DNA of 64,000 nucleotides from Rebecca billardiae RCC1528 (taxonomy: Eukaryota; Protista; Haptophyta). Under the pieces are notes generated by a model, which was not told where the DNA came from, did no database searches, and saw only the letters and a program-made list of their open reading frames with translations. Each line of letters opens with the position of its first letter. The stretch's first letter is position 1. Location of the stretch: NCBI GenBank assembly GCA_965240325.2, contig OZ251222.1, positions 868,001 through 932,000 of the forward strand, given 5' to 3'. A program made the position numbers and the translations under genes. Shown piece after piece: positions 32,851-44,348 of this stretch.

Positions 32851-33960
32851 ATGGCGGACGGCGCGTACCTCGACAGTGAATGGGGTGGAGAGCTGGGGCC
32901 GCCGGCACGCGGCGTGACGAGCGAGTTGCCCGCGGCGCCAGCGGCACCGGTGGCTGCGGCACCGCCAAAGCGCAAGAAGCGGAAGGCCAAGGCTGAGGAG
33001 GCCCGCGGCGAGCCCGCGCTGCTGCTCGCGGGCGCGCACGCGCACAAAGCACCGCGACATGGCGCGGGGACATCGGCGAGGGAGCACGCGCCACGTACGA
33101 CGCCAGCGGTACCCGCGTGGCTCGGCGGTGCGGGAGCTCGCCCGAGAGCACGCGCCGCTCCGCGACCAGCCGACGGGCGGCCGGGCGCACACGACAGGCA
33201 GCATCCTGCCGCGCCGCCCCAGCCGACAGGCGACGGCGCATCGAAGCTCCAGCGCAAGCTGCAGGGCGCGCGCTTCCGCGTGCTCAACGAGCAGCTGTAC
33301 ACGTGCCACTCCTCGCGCGCGCTCCAGATGATGCGCAGTGACCCATCGCTCTTCCAGGCGTATCACGCGGGCTTCCGCGCGCAGGCGGCCCGCTGGCCGG
33401 CCAACCCACTACGCGACGTGATTGCGTGGGTGCGCGCGCTGCCGGCGGACGCGGTGGTTGGCGACTTTGGGTGCGGCGACGCCGAGCTCGCCGCGTCTGT
33501 GCCACACCGCGTCCACTCCTTCGACCTGGTCGCCGCAAACGAGCGCGTGACGGCGTGCGACATTGCGCACACGCCGCTTCGGCCGCACGCGCTCGACGCG
33601 GCTGTCTTCTGCCTCGCGCTCATGGGCAGCAACTGGGCGGACTTCCTGCGCGAGGCGCACCGGGTGCTCAAGCCAGGCGGGCGGCTCAAGATCGTCGAGG
33701 TGCGCTCGCGCGTCACGGACCCGCGCGACTTCTCCGACTCGCTGCGCCGGCTGGGCTTCGACGCCGTGCGCGCCGTCGGCCCCACGGCTGGCGGCCGTGG
33801 TACCGGCGCTGCGAAGGGCAAGGGCACGGGTGGCAGCAGCGGGCAGTTTGGCGGCGACAACACCCATTTCGTGATCCTCGAGTTTGCCCGCGGCACGCGC
33901 GACCCTGAGGCCGGCGTGGCGCCCAAGCCCCTCGCGGCATGTATCTACAAGCGGCGGTGA
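32851..33960 (+). CDS. RRP8: rRNA methyltransferase RRP8 / nucleomethylin
   Basis: KLQGARFRVLNEQLYT, YHAGFRAQAARWPANP, VGDFGCGDAELA, VFCLALMGSNW..FLREAHRVLKPGG, C-terminal CIYKRR. Confidence 0.95.
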   Translation: MADGAYLDSEWGGELGPPARGVTSELPAAPAAPVAAAPPKRKKRKAKAEEARGEPALLLAGAHAHKAPRHGAGTSAREHAPRTTPAVPAWLGGAGARPRARAAPRPADGRPGAHDRQHPAAPPQPTGDGASKLQRKLQGARFRVLNEQLYTCHSSRALQMMRSDPSLFQAYHAGFRAQAARWPANPLRDVIAWVRALPADAVVGDFGCGDAELAASVPHRVHSFDLVAANERVTACDIAHTPLRPHALDAAVFCLALMGSNWADFLREAHRVLKPGGRLKIVEVRSRVTDPRDFSDSLRRLGFDAVRAVGPTAGGRGTGAAKGKGTGGSSGQFGGDNTHFVILEFARGTRDPEAGVAPKPLAACIYKRR

Positions 33961-34198
33961 GCGATCGAGCCGCGAGCGGCGGTCTCGTCACGGTTCAATC
34001 ACGTCACTGATTGATGACTCCGAAGATCTAGATGAGGTTGCTAACCAGGGGCGTTCCCCTCACGGGTCATACGCTAATGAATCGAACCGTGTATTCCTAT
34101 TGAAATGGGCTGAGCCCTCGAGTTATCATTGATGAAATAAATTAGGGCGGTACCGATTATTTTGATCCGGTACCGGGTACGGCCCGCGCTGCCAATCT

Positions 34199-34352
34199 GA
34201 TCGCGCTCCAGCAATCCGATGATCGCGGTGCAGCAGGCTATGCTCTGCCACCAACGCCGACTTCGTGTCGACGATCGGGCGCTGCCGCCGACGAATCAGG
34301 AGACCCGCGACCGCGTCGTCCTACCTGTGTCGTTAAATCATAGAATGAGTCC
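34199..34352 (+). repeat. Solo copy of family-D element end
   Basis: Near-identical to 26133-26295 apart from short duplications. Confidence 0.8.
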
Positions 34353-34683
34353 GCCGGTCCGGGCCATAGCAATGCCCCCCCACTGGGCCGGGGCATTACT
34401 TTCGGGAGCGTGATGTGGCAGGGACCCGGGGCCGGGAACGCCCTTTGACCTAGCATCAACATCATGAGCCATGATGACAATGAATAATGATCCGATCGAT
34501 CTACTAGGCCGATGGCCCGGCTAGGTAATTGTGCAGTGGACCGAGCGGCCAGGCCGGGGGCGGGGCCTATCAGACACTGCTGACTGACAGACGACTGGCC
34601 CGATATTGACAGTGTCGTAGCTTAGTGATCAACAGTGGAGTGCGTGGCAGCGTGGCGGACGGTGGTGCTAAGCGGTTGCCAGC

Positions 34684-34694
34684 TATACTATACA

Positions 34695-34731
<37 letters not shown>
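34684..34731. repeat. Interrupted (TA)n microsatellite
   Basis: TA run with CA interruptions. Confidence 0.9.
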
Positions 34732-35193
34732 TTAACGACGTGGGATGCAACGGGCAGGCGTCAGACTCAGAGTCAGCAAGCTGTAGCAGCAGATCGAGCA
34801 GCAGAGACAAACACCAGGATCGGCAGCGCTCCTCGCCGTCACCCCCCCCCCCCCCCCCCTCGTAGTCGCCCATCACTCCATCGCCGAGCGGAAGCTCGAC
34901 GCACCGTCTGGCGTCGACGCGCGCACGCCACCGCATATGTTAGCTAGCTAGCTATAATAAGCGCGTGTCGTGGCGCCGCCGTAGTTTAAAATCAGAAAGT
35001 CGCGCCGCCGCCGAATACTAGTGGGCAGTAGTCCGCGCATGTAACTAAGAGTACGTACTGCTAAGACTGATGAGTCTCAGTGGCACTCTCAGAGTCAGGG
35101 CGGACACGCTCACACGGGCTTATTCAAACAGCAGGCTACAGTTAGTAACTATATATATAACTAACTAACTACTCCGTACTCTCATAATAATTT

Positions 35194-36846
35194 ATGGCCC
35201 GCGGTGCAGGGCGGAGCGCGCAGCGTGGAGCCCGCTCCGTGGGCCCTAACCACGTTTCAAAAAGATCTTTGATCAAGAAAAAAGGGACGGGGGACGATTT
35301 TCATGGCTGGAGGAGACCGAGTTTCGAATTTTGAGACCCTCTCTAACACGCATCACGGCCGAAAAAGGTCGCGCCCACAACAAGTTCATAGTAAAGCGTG
35401 GAGTGACGCCCGTCCAAAAAACTTCACGCCCTTTAGGATCCCTAACGTAACGAACCGTTACAAGTGATTTTTCCGGCCAATGAGATTGCAGCAAGGTCCA
35501 AGGAGCGATGACGTATCTAGATAGAGATTGCCGCGAACCGATGTGGCCATGTACGTCCCTTGAATCAGTTGAATCAACTATTCAATCGCGCCGTGTCTGT
35601 ATCAGGAGCCAACATGGCAAGGGTCAGTAGAGTGAGTAGCCGATGCGCCAACTTCGGCGTATATCAATAGTATCTGACACGAGTCTGGAGCCGGACGGCT
35701 GCCCAGCATTCAGCAAAGCCAAACCTTGGTTGCTGCGCACTCTCCGCGAGAGGGTCGCGAGCCGCACGAGCGACCGACGGGTGAGTACGGCGATGGGCAG
35801 GTGCGCGCGGCGAGTTGCGCCTGGAGCGCGCGGCTGTGGCGGGTCCCGACTGCCGTCGACATCGCGTTCGTGCCCCCGCTCACTCCGCGCGCCCCCGCCG
35901 CCCCGTGTCGATGCCTGCGCGCGGCCGCGCGCGTCGCCCGGGGCGCCCCGCGGCCGCGCCGCGGCAGCCGCCCTGTATTCGGGCTCTCGCAAGCTCGGGG
36001 GCAGCGGCGCCTGATGCCGGACTGATCGATCTCTGAGTCTTCGACTTCACCACGCGCCGCCCTTGCCATGCCTTTCCGGGGAGCGCCGACGATCCGAGTC
36101 CATCGTCGACGGTCGACTCTCAGAGCGAGGGCTACGCCTCGGAACTGAACGGTACTCTACGAGGAGGACGAGCTGCGCGGGCGACGGTGGTGCGTGCCGT
36201 CCCCAGAGCTGGCTGTGCCTCTGCAACGCGTGCCGAGCCTGATCGAGGTGTGTCCGCCCGTGCACGCGCGGCGTGCGCGAACGATCTGTGACTGCGGTGC
36301 CCTCGAACCTCGGCACTGCGTGCCGTCCCTCGGGCTGTCAGCTCCGCATGGCCTGGCGTGCACGTAGAGTTGCGCTCATGCGTCGATCACGCCTCGCGCC
36401 CGCCTGTCGGCCGTCGCGCAGGCGCTGGTCGAACCCTACTCGGACCAGTGCAAATCATCTAACTATCCTGGCGCTGCCGGTGCGCGGTGACCCGGGACAG
36501 CGGTCACAGTCAGCAGCACGGCGGCCCGAACGAATCCGCGGCCCCGCACCGTGCTCCCTGGCTGTCAGCTTCGCGTGGCCTGGCGTGCACGTGGAGTCGC
36601 GCTCATGCGTCGATCACGCCTCGTCGCATCCGCCTGTACACAATCGGCGCCGCGCCGGCGGCTGCGAAGTGCGATGGGCCCGCCCGCGGCGCGGCGGGCG
36701 GCGGCGCGCCGCTGGTGGAGAGTCTAGTTGTACGGGCATGCAACTCCGGGTCTGTCAATGGACGACTGCGACGGAGGGTGCACCGCCACCGCGGGCCCTG
36801 AACTACGTTCGTTCTACGGAAAAGGACCGCGGAACGCGGTCATCAT
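35194..36846 (+). mobile_element. Helentron/Helitron2-like non-autonomous element, copy 2
   Basis: Same 5' end/core as 19564; 3' GTGCACCGCCACCGCGGGCC and hairpin GACCGCGGAACGCGGTC 36825-36841; internal 64-bp duplicate 36333-36396/36560-36623. Confidence 0.7.
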
Positions 36847-37048
36847 AATTACTCGGAGGAGTCCAACTCGGTCGATCACCGGCCAGTCAGACGGACGACT
36901 GTCGTCCGTCGACCGACGACTCTGTAGTCTGTCGACGCCGACGGTTTGGTAACAGTCGTCAGGCCGTCGACACTCGACACAGTGCATGCCAAGTCGTCGG
37001 ATCCTCAGACACGGGTCAGACTACCGTGGCAGCGAGCGAACTGAGAGC

Positions 37049-38149
37049 TTATGCAGCCGCGAGCTGGAGCAGGCGGACGAGATCGCCAGCCTCCTGCTGC
37101 ACGGCGGGGTTCCACGGATGAGACTCGCGCGCACGCTTGGCCGCGCCGCAGACGCCCGCCTCCGACGCGCGCTGCCGCCGCACCTGCGCCTCCGCGTCGG
37201 TGCCCGCACACACGCCGTAGAGCGTGAGGCAGGCGAGAGCCTGCAAAGGCGCGCGCGGCACATGCGTGCTCATCGCGTGCACCGCGGCGTGGACGGCGCC
37301 GTGCTCGAGCGCGGCGAGCTTGCGCGACGCCACATCCGCGTCAGCGCCGGTGCACAGCCCATCGAGCGCGAGCAGCGCCGTGTGCTGCACGAGCGCATTG
37401 GCCGGGTGTGCCAGCATGGCCGCCGAAATGGCAGGGAAAGCGCCGAGCTCCACGGCACACTGCGCGCGCGCACGGCCCTGCTCGTCGTCGTCGGTGCAGA
37501 GCGCGCAGAGCGCGCGCAGGCCCGCAAGCTGCACGCGGGCGTGGCCCGGCTGCGCGCGCATCGCCTCGAGCACCGCGTCGAGCACGCCGCCCTCTGCCGC
37601 GCGCTGCGCGCGAATCGTTCCGCTCTCGTCGTCACCGTCGCAGATGGCTGCGAGTGCCGCACAGGCAGGGGCGAGCACGCGAGCGTCATCGCGGTGCGAA
37701 CGCAGTGTAGCGCGAAGCGTATCGAACGCACCCGCCTCCACCGCACGCTGCTTCCGCGCAGCGCCGAAGTCGTCCGCATCGGCGCAGAGAGCTCCAAGCG
37801 CGCGGCACGCGGCCGCCAGCACGTCAACATGTGCGCGGTGTGTCTCGAGGGCGCGCAGCACGGCACGGCAGGCGCCCGCGTCGGTGAGGTCCTCGTCATC
37901 GGTATGCTTCGATGAACGAGACTCCATCTCGACGAGGGCGCGCTCCACTGCCACGATGTCCGTGAGTGTCTCCACCGCGGCGACAAGTTGCGGCCACGAG
38001 GCCTCCGATGGCAGCGCCGCACCATGCAGGCCCTCGGCGACGCGATGAGGCGGCGCGCCTCGAGGCTTGATGGGAGAAGTCACGTCGTACGCAGTCTCGA
38101 CGTTGTTGCTGCCGGCATCTGGCGCCGTCGCCATCGTGAAGGACACCAT
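37049..38149 (-). CDS. Armadillo-repeat protein
   Basis: ~5 repeats of GAxxAVLxAMxxHP....VQxxACxALxxLC. Confidence 0.85.
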   Translation of the reverse strand: MVSFTMATAPDAGSNNVETAYDVTSPIKPRGAPPHRVAEGLHGAALPSEASWPQLVAAVETLTDIVAVERALVEMESRSSKHTDDEDLTDAGACRAVLRALETHRAHVDVLAAACRALGALCADADDFGAARKQRAVEAGAFDTLRATLRSHRDDARVLAPACAALAAICDGDDESGTIRAQRAAEGGVLDAVLEAMRAQPGHARVQLAGLRALCALCTDDDEQGRARAQCAVELGAFPAISAAMLAHPANALVQHTALLALDGLCTGADADVASRKLAALEHGAVHAAVHAMSTHVPRAPLQALACLTLYGVCAGTDAEAQVRRQRASEAGVCGAAKRARESHPWNPAVQQEAGDLVRLLQLAAA

Positions 38150-38335
38150 CTGCCCGGGCGGCGAAGATTGCGGCGCGCGTGTACCGGCTCACGAACGTCG
38201 TCGCCGCCCGTCGCCGAATGAGCGCAAACCGCTCAACCAATATGGTTAAAGCGGATGATGATTCAGGCCGATCGATCAGCCATTCAGCTCACTCTCACTC
38301 ATTCAGATTTAGGGAGATAGATCGTCGTACGGTAG

Positions 38336-38944
38336 TATGGAGCGCTCGTTGGAACTTGGCGGGGCTTGGAACTTGACACCGCATTTCCCAGCGAAGTGCC
38401 CCATCTCGGCGGGGCTGGCACGGTCGGCACACGCTCCTGAGCGCTCGCTTCGCGGTGCGGCAGGCCTTGGGCAGCCCAGACAGACATGCCGCGACCGAAT
38501 TACCGGGCCATGCGCGCACCACACCCGCGCCACATGGCCTGCGCGCTGGACGACTGAGAGGCAACGCCGAACCACTGCATTCCACTGCCCCGCATGCACC
38601 CCAAGTCACCTTCAGAGGGCGTCGACGAGCGCAGAGCGGGTGCGTGGGAGTTCGACCAGCTCGTGTACCTTCTTGCTAGCACCAGCGGCGAGGTCGCAAG
38701 CCGAACCTTGACCAGCCGTGGAACTTGAGCTGGTCGGCAGCATAACCACCGTTTAACCCGGATCAAGTTAGCAGCGTGCGAGGAGGAGGCGCGGTGCGCG
38801 TCCGCGGCTGGCGAGAGGCGTCCGGACCGTGCCGTTCTCGGCCGCGCCCGCGCGCTTCCCGCCGCCGCGGGCCCCGTGTACGCCCGTCGTCGCCCTCGCC
38901 GCGCGGGCGCCAAACCGGCGTCAAGTTCCAACGAACGCTCCATA
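38336..38944. repeat. 23-bp inverted repeat pair (possible MITE relic) between divergent genes
   Basis: TATGGAGCGCTCGTTGGAACTTG 38336-38358 vs CAAGTTCCAACGAACGCTCCATA 38922-38944 (22/23); extra GGAACTTG copies inside. Confidence 0.55.
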
Positions 38945-39074
38945 TCTCCATTGCTCAGCTCAACAGTTATCCCAGGCCGCGGGCGGCGAAAATCATGCGC
39001 GCGAGAAATATAATAATGAAAGGAGAGACTCGTGCCGACCGGCGGGAGCGCCGAGCGGAGTGCTCCGCTCGACG

Positions 39075-40751
39075 ATGCAGCCGCCGCCATCCTGGCCACC
39101 GGGCTCGCCGCCCTCGCCGCCCTTCTCACCGCCTCTCCCACCGCACCCGCCGTCGCCGCCGCCGTACCCGCCCTTCTCGCCGCCGTTCCCCCCTTTCCCA
39201 CCGCCATTCCCGCCGTCGCCCCCGCCCTTGGAGCTGCCGCTGGGCGCGTGGGTCTACTGGGTGCGTGACACGGTGATTTGGTCGGCCGTGGTCATCCTCC
39301 TGCTGATCGTCGCGCGCGAGATTGGCCGTCGCATCGCGCGCCTGGTCGGGCTGGTCGTGCTCGCGGGCCAGCTCCCCGGCGACGTGCCGGGGTTTGTTGA
39401 GCAGCTCTTCGAGAACCCGAAGGAGACGCTCATGTCGCTCTCGCGCGCTGAGATCTGGCACTTCTTCAAGTGCGCGATTGTGGCGCCGCAGAAGATGACG
39501 GTGCTCGGGCGCGACACTGCGCTCGAGCGGCTGGAGCGCATTCGGCTCCGCTTTAAGGAGGAGGGCTGGCGCCACATCAACATCCTCACGGCCGACGACG
39601 TCAGGCTCGACGGCTGCCTCTTCAAGCCTCCCGATGGCGCGCGCGACGAGCAGCGCTGGGTGGTCTACATGAATGCCAACATGCAAAAGTACGAGGAGTG
39701 GCTCTTCTACTTCCACACGTACGCGAAGGAAATGGGCGTCGGCATGCTCGTCTTCAACTGGCGCGGCGTCGCCTTCTCCAAGGGCTGCGCCATGACCTTC
39801 CGCGACCTGGTGGCGGACGGCACGGCCGCGCTTCACTACCTTGTGGACGGGGGCGTGGAGCCGGAGCACATCCTCGTGCACGGCCATTCGATCGGCGCGT
39901 GCGTCGCCGCGACGGTGCGCTCGCGTGAGCCGGGGCTGGCGCACGGCCCTGTGGTCCTCGACCGCGCCTTCGCCAAGCTCTCGGACGTCGTGTACGGCTA
40001 CGCCACCTTCGCCACCACCAAGGAGCCAACGCCCGGAGAGCCCGAGCCCAGGAAGACGTGCGTGGACTGGGGCAAGCGGGTGCTGCTCGAGCTGGCGGGC
40101 GGCTTTGCGTGGTGGATTCTGCTCAGCACGTGGTGGCAGGGCCGCACGCTGCACGCGTTCGAGCGGCTGTACGCGACGCGCATCGTCATCTACCACCGGA
40201 AGGACAACATCATCCACCTCAAGCGCGCCTCGCTGATCCATCACCTGTACAAGCGGCACGGGGCGGCGCGCAGCAGCCCTGCAGAGGCCGCTGCGGCCGC
40301 GCCGGCCGCGGCCCGGCCGCGCATGAGCGCCATCCCGGCGCGCGGCAACCCAAACCAACCGTGGTACGCGATCGAGCTGCGCGCCATCCATCCGGAGTGG
40401 CTGCCGCACGACATCCCGATGTACCTCGACCGCTCATGGGACGAGGCGAAGCCGCTGATCGCGTCCGTGCTCGGTGTCGCCCTGCCCGCCCGTGCGCCCG
40501 AGGAGAACGAGCGCGGCGACAGAGGCGGTGCGCCGGCTGCAGCGCCGCTTGGTGCACAGGCGGGCGGGGGCGCGGCGGCGGCGGCGAGCGCTCCGCCTTC
40601 ACGGGAGGGCGCAGCGAGCGGGGGACGCAGCACGATAGCCCAGCGCGCGCGCAATGCCGCCGCGCGGATCGTTGGCAAGGATAGAGGCCCCTCGTCAACC
40701 GCAGGGCGCGGGCGCAGCTCCGCCGAGGAACCGACCGCGCGGATGCTCTGA
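39075..40751 (+). CDS. Membrane alpha/beta hydrolase (ABHD12/13-like) with N-terminal Pro-rich (SPPP/FPPP) tract
   Basis: ATG 39075; TM helix; TADDVRLDG, WVVYMNAN, VFNWRGVAFSKG, nucleophile motif VHGHSIG, VVLDRAF, YHRKDNII, late His (LPHD). Confidence 0.85.
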   Translation: MQPPPSWPPGSPPSPPFSPPLPPHPPSPPPYPPFSPPFPPFPPPFPPSPPPLELPLGAWVYWVRDTVIWSAVVILLLIVAREIGRRIARLVGLVVLAGQLPGDVPGFVEQLFENPKETLMSLSRAEIWHFFKCAIVAPQKMTVLGRDTALERLERIRLRFKEEGWRHINILTADDVRLDGCLFKPPDGARDEQRWVVYMNANMQKYEEWLFYFHTYAKEMGVGMLVFNWRGVAFSKGCAMTFRDLVADGTAALHYLVDGGVEPEHILVHGHSIGACVAATVRSREPGLAHGPVVLDRAFAKLSDVVYGYATFATTKEPTPGEPEPRKTCVDWGKRVLLELAGGFAWWILLSTWWQGRTLHAFERLYATRIVIYHRKDNIIHLKRASLIHHLYKRHGAARSSPAEAAAAAPAAARPRMSAIPARGNPNQPWYAIELRAIHPEWLPHDIPMYLDRSWDEAKPLIASVLGVALPARAPEENERGDRGGAPAAAPLGAQAGGGAAAAASAPPSREGAASGGRSTIAQRARNAAARIVGKDRGPSSTAGRGRSSAEEPTARML

Positions 40752-41555
40752 CGACTTGATGATGACTTGACGATGGCTTGACGCTCGGCCCGAGTCGCTG
40801 CCGATGTGCTGTGGTCCGTGCTGCTGCGGAGTAGTACGTACACACACACGTACTCACTACACACTACACACACACGCACACGCACACACACACACACACT
40901 ACACACATATCGGAGACGATTATCTCCGAGTCGAACCTGAATAGCAGCGCTATATACGGCACTCGTCAGGTGGCAGTAATAGTGTCGCCTGTGTCGGTCA
41001 TGCACTTTACTAATTATATATATGGACGAATAAACTGTCTTATTATTTATAATTATAGGCGCCTTACTTCTGACTGGCGCGGCCGCTGTCACGTACGACA
41101 GAGAGTACAGACAGTAGTCTGTCGTATCAGTTCGACGACTCGAGAATACTCGACGGCGCGCTGACGCGGATTCTCCGCCAGCGGACTCCTTGGCTACGGA
41201 CGACCTGCTCGAGCGCTGCTCCGGACCAGTCGCCTGCTGCCGCTGCCTGGGCCTGGCGCGCTGGATTCCTGCACCGTGACCGTCGTCAGGAGAGACTCAC
41301 TCATACTGTATCATTGTCATGCCGTGACTGCGTGTGTCAATACTCAATTCATCAATGGGCAGTATATTAATAATGAGTCGAGTATCAGGACTCAGAGATG
41401 GTATCAATATCTTATACCGTATATACGCGGTGTCGTATCGAACGATTCGTCGGCACGGCGGCACGCGATCATAGCAGTCGTGCCACAAGAGCCACTGCAT
41501 TCGTCGCGACCATCACGCCCGACGCAGCTTGCTGGCGTGGGCTCCACTTGCGCAC

Positions 41556-42528
41556 TCACGCCGCCGAGGCAACGCCGCCTTTGGCGGGCTCCCCACTCGC
41601 ATCAGCTGCGTTGGGCGGCGGCGCCTTGCTGTTCGGCAGGCACGAGCGCGACAGGTCCTTGTCCGCAGCCTCGTCGACGGGCTCGGGCTCGGGCTCCACC
41701 GCAGGCGCCTCGTCGACAGATCGGGGCTTGAATGCTGACGTGATGTACTCGACAGACGAAGCAGACGCCTTGGCCAGGCTGCCGAAAAACGAGGGCTCGG
41801 CCGCTGGCGCTGCCGTTTCCTCGGAGTCTGCAGCGGCAGGTGCCGCCGTCGGCTCCGCCTTCGACCGCGACAGCTTCAGCGGGAATCGGTGCTTCTTCTG
41901 CGGGGCCGCTGTCGAGTCACGCTCCACCGCGTTGCCCTCCTGCGCGTCCGCCGCGGGGGCCTCGGCCGTCGCCGTCGGCGCGGGCTTGCCGAAGAAATAA
42001 AAGAAGGTGTTTGGCCTGCGTGTGGGCACGGTGAGCGTTGCGCGCGGGTCAGGCAGGGCTCGGGTGCAAGGCCAACCGCGGAGAATGAAGCTTGCGTCGC
42101 GCATGCACATGCTCGCGCGCACTTGGTCTCTGCCTTGCTCACGTTCTCCTCCTGGACGCTCGCCTCTGCAGCCGGTGCGGCCGCCGACGTGCCCGAGTGG
42201 TGGAACGGAAGGAACGAGAAGATGCCGCCTGTCTGCTTCTCCTCGGCCTTGGGCTCCTCGATGGGGGGCTCGGCTGCCGGCTCTGGCGTGTTCTTCTTCT
42301 TACCGCCCATGCGGAACATCGACCTGCTCGCTCGCAGGAAGGCCAGCGCGCATCGCTTGTGAGCAGTTGAGGTGCGCTCGTGCGCGTGCGGCGCGAAAAA
42401 CGGATGAGCGCACAGCAGTCGCGCAGCCTCGCGCGGCGATGCTATCGGGCGCGATGTAGCACGCACTTCTTCTCCTGTGGCTTCTCCACCACGGTGGCGT
42501 CCTGCATCTGCTTGTCGGCGGCGGGCAT
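41556..42528 (-). CDS. Low-complexity Ala/Glu/Pro-rich hypothetical protein; 3 exons (introns 42324-42466, 42016-42122)
   Basis: Two phase-2 GTGCG..CAG introns join MPAADKQ...EKK, SMFRMGGKKK...ETK, PNTFFYFFGKP... into one frame. Confidence 0.7.
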
Positions 42529-42679
42529 GGCGAAAATGCGGATGGCGCTGCCGCTCACAAGTGCGCCGAAGTCTCGTCGTTCCCGCGCTTTTTTTCCGCT
42601 GCATGATGATGCAGTCTCCAAGCCTGTCCGGCCCCCCTCCGCTGGTGTAGAGTCGGACAGCCTCCGGGGGCGTTGGCGC

Positions 42680-43889
42680 AAGGGAGGTCCGGGCCGGGAG
42701 CTCCCAGCGAGCGGCCAGCGCGACATCACCTCAAGGTTTTTCCCTGAGCGCCGGGCGGCGGCGGCGGCGAGGGCGGTGCTCCGCTGGCGGGGCGCGCACG
42801 GGGCACGGCGCTGCGGGCGCGGATGTGCCCGCAGAGCCGGCGCGTGCGGACGGGCTGTTGCGGGAGAGCATCTGGCGCCCTCCTGCGCCGCGCGCATTGC
42901 GCCACGCCTCTTTCGCCTTGACTCAGGGCAGCGCGCACATGCGCGCCGCGTCAAGGCCAGCCTTGCCGCGCCGCAGCCGACCGCGCGCGCGCCGTGCGCG
43001 GCGTGGTCGGGAAGGAACGGGCGCGGCTGCCGGGCGAGATGGCGACATCACGTGCGCACGCCATGCCGCCCCGCCACGCCTTGACGAGCGTGTCGCCGGT
43101 CCGTTTGCACGCCTCTTCGAGTTGTCTCAAATGGTCTGCACGGCCTCGCGGTCGCGACCCTTGTCGGGACGATCATTGAGACACAGAACAGTGCCAGACG
43201 GGCACGCGGACTACTCTTACATGAATGTCCATCACCACGTGGCCATGTAGAAGTGCTGGGTGCGACGCTTTCCTCGCGCTGATGCACTTTCATCATCTTT
43301 TTCGAGCTCAGGTCTGGCTTCAGGCACGGCAAGAAATCAGCACTCGTCAACAGCTGTGCGGATCCGTTATCGCGCCCTTTCGCGGCGCCGCGGGACGACA
43401 TGGCGTGCGCACGTGATGTCGCCATCTCGCCCGGCAGCCGCGCCCGTTCCTTCCCGACCACGCCGCGCACGGCGCGCGTGCGGTCGGCTGCGGCGCGGCA
43501 AGGCTGGCCTTGACGCAGCGCGCATGTGCGCGCTGCCCTGAGTCAAGGCGAAAGAGGCGTGGCGCAATGCGCGCGGCGCAGGAGGGCGCCAGATGCTCTC
43601 CCGCAACAGCCCGTCCGCACGCGCCGGCTCTGCGGACACATCCGCGCCCGCAGCGCCGTGCCCCGTGCGCGCCCCGCCAGCGGAGCACCGCCCTCGCCGC
43701 CGCTGCCGCCCGGCGCTCAGGAAAAACCTTGAGGTGATGTCGCGCTGGCCGCTCGCTGGGAGCTCCCGGCCCGGACCTCCCTTGGTTGGCGCGTTGCGCC
43801 AGCTGGACAAACTCCCTCTGGTCTTTTCAGGTCTGCGCTTTTCAAAACCATCACACCAATTAGTGTGCACGTTAAAACATAGTAAACTG
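42680..43889. mobile_element. Fold-back element copy 2 (near-perfect ~385-bp arms)
   Basis: 42680-43065 is near-perfect reverse complement of 43399-43783; spacer homologous to 13133-13451; right end TAGTAAACTG|TA at 43889. Confidence 0.8.
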
Positions 43890-44348
43890 TACTACTACGC
43901 GTACATACAGTTTACTGCACAGTTGCGCAGACCTGAAAAGGCGTGATACAGTACCCCCATACAGGGCAAAGCGCGGCGGATGGCGGCTTCGCCGCCGCAT
44001 GGGCGGGCGAGTCGCCGCTGCCCGCAGAAAACGTCGGAGGCAAGGAAGCGGGCAGATGGCGCGTCGCACGTCGTGGAACTCGGTCGCGACGCTCGCCAGC
44101 CTCAGTGCGCGCCGCGAAGCCAAGTCCATGTGCGCCCAGCGTGCAGGCGGCACGGCCACGCCGCTCGGCCGCGGCGACCGGCCTCGCACGCGTCCTTGCG
44201 GCGCGAAAGGGCATCCCAGCTGCGGTCGTTCGACGTGTGCGTCGGGACACATGTGCCATCTAGCCAACGCGCACGCGCCGCGAGCTGCACGGCGTGCGCA
44301 CACGTCGCCCGCCGCACCGACCAGGCGTGGCGCTGCACTCACTGCACC

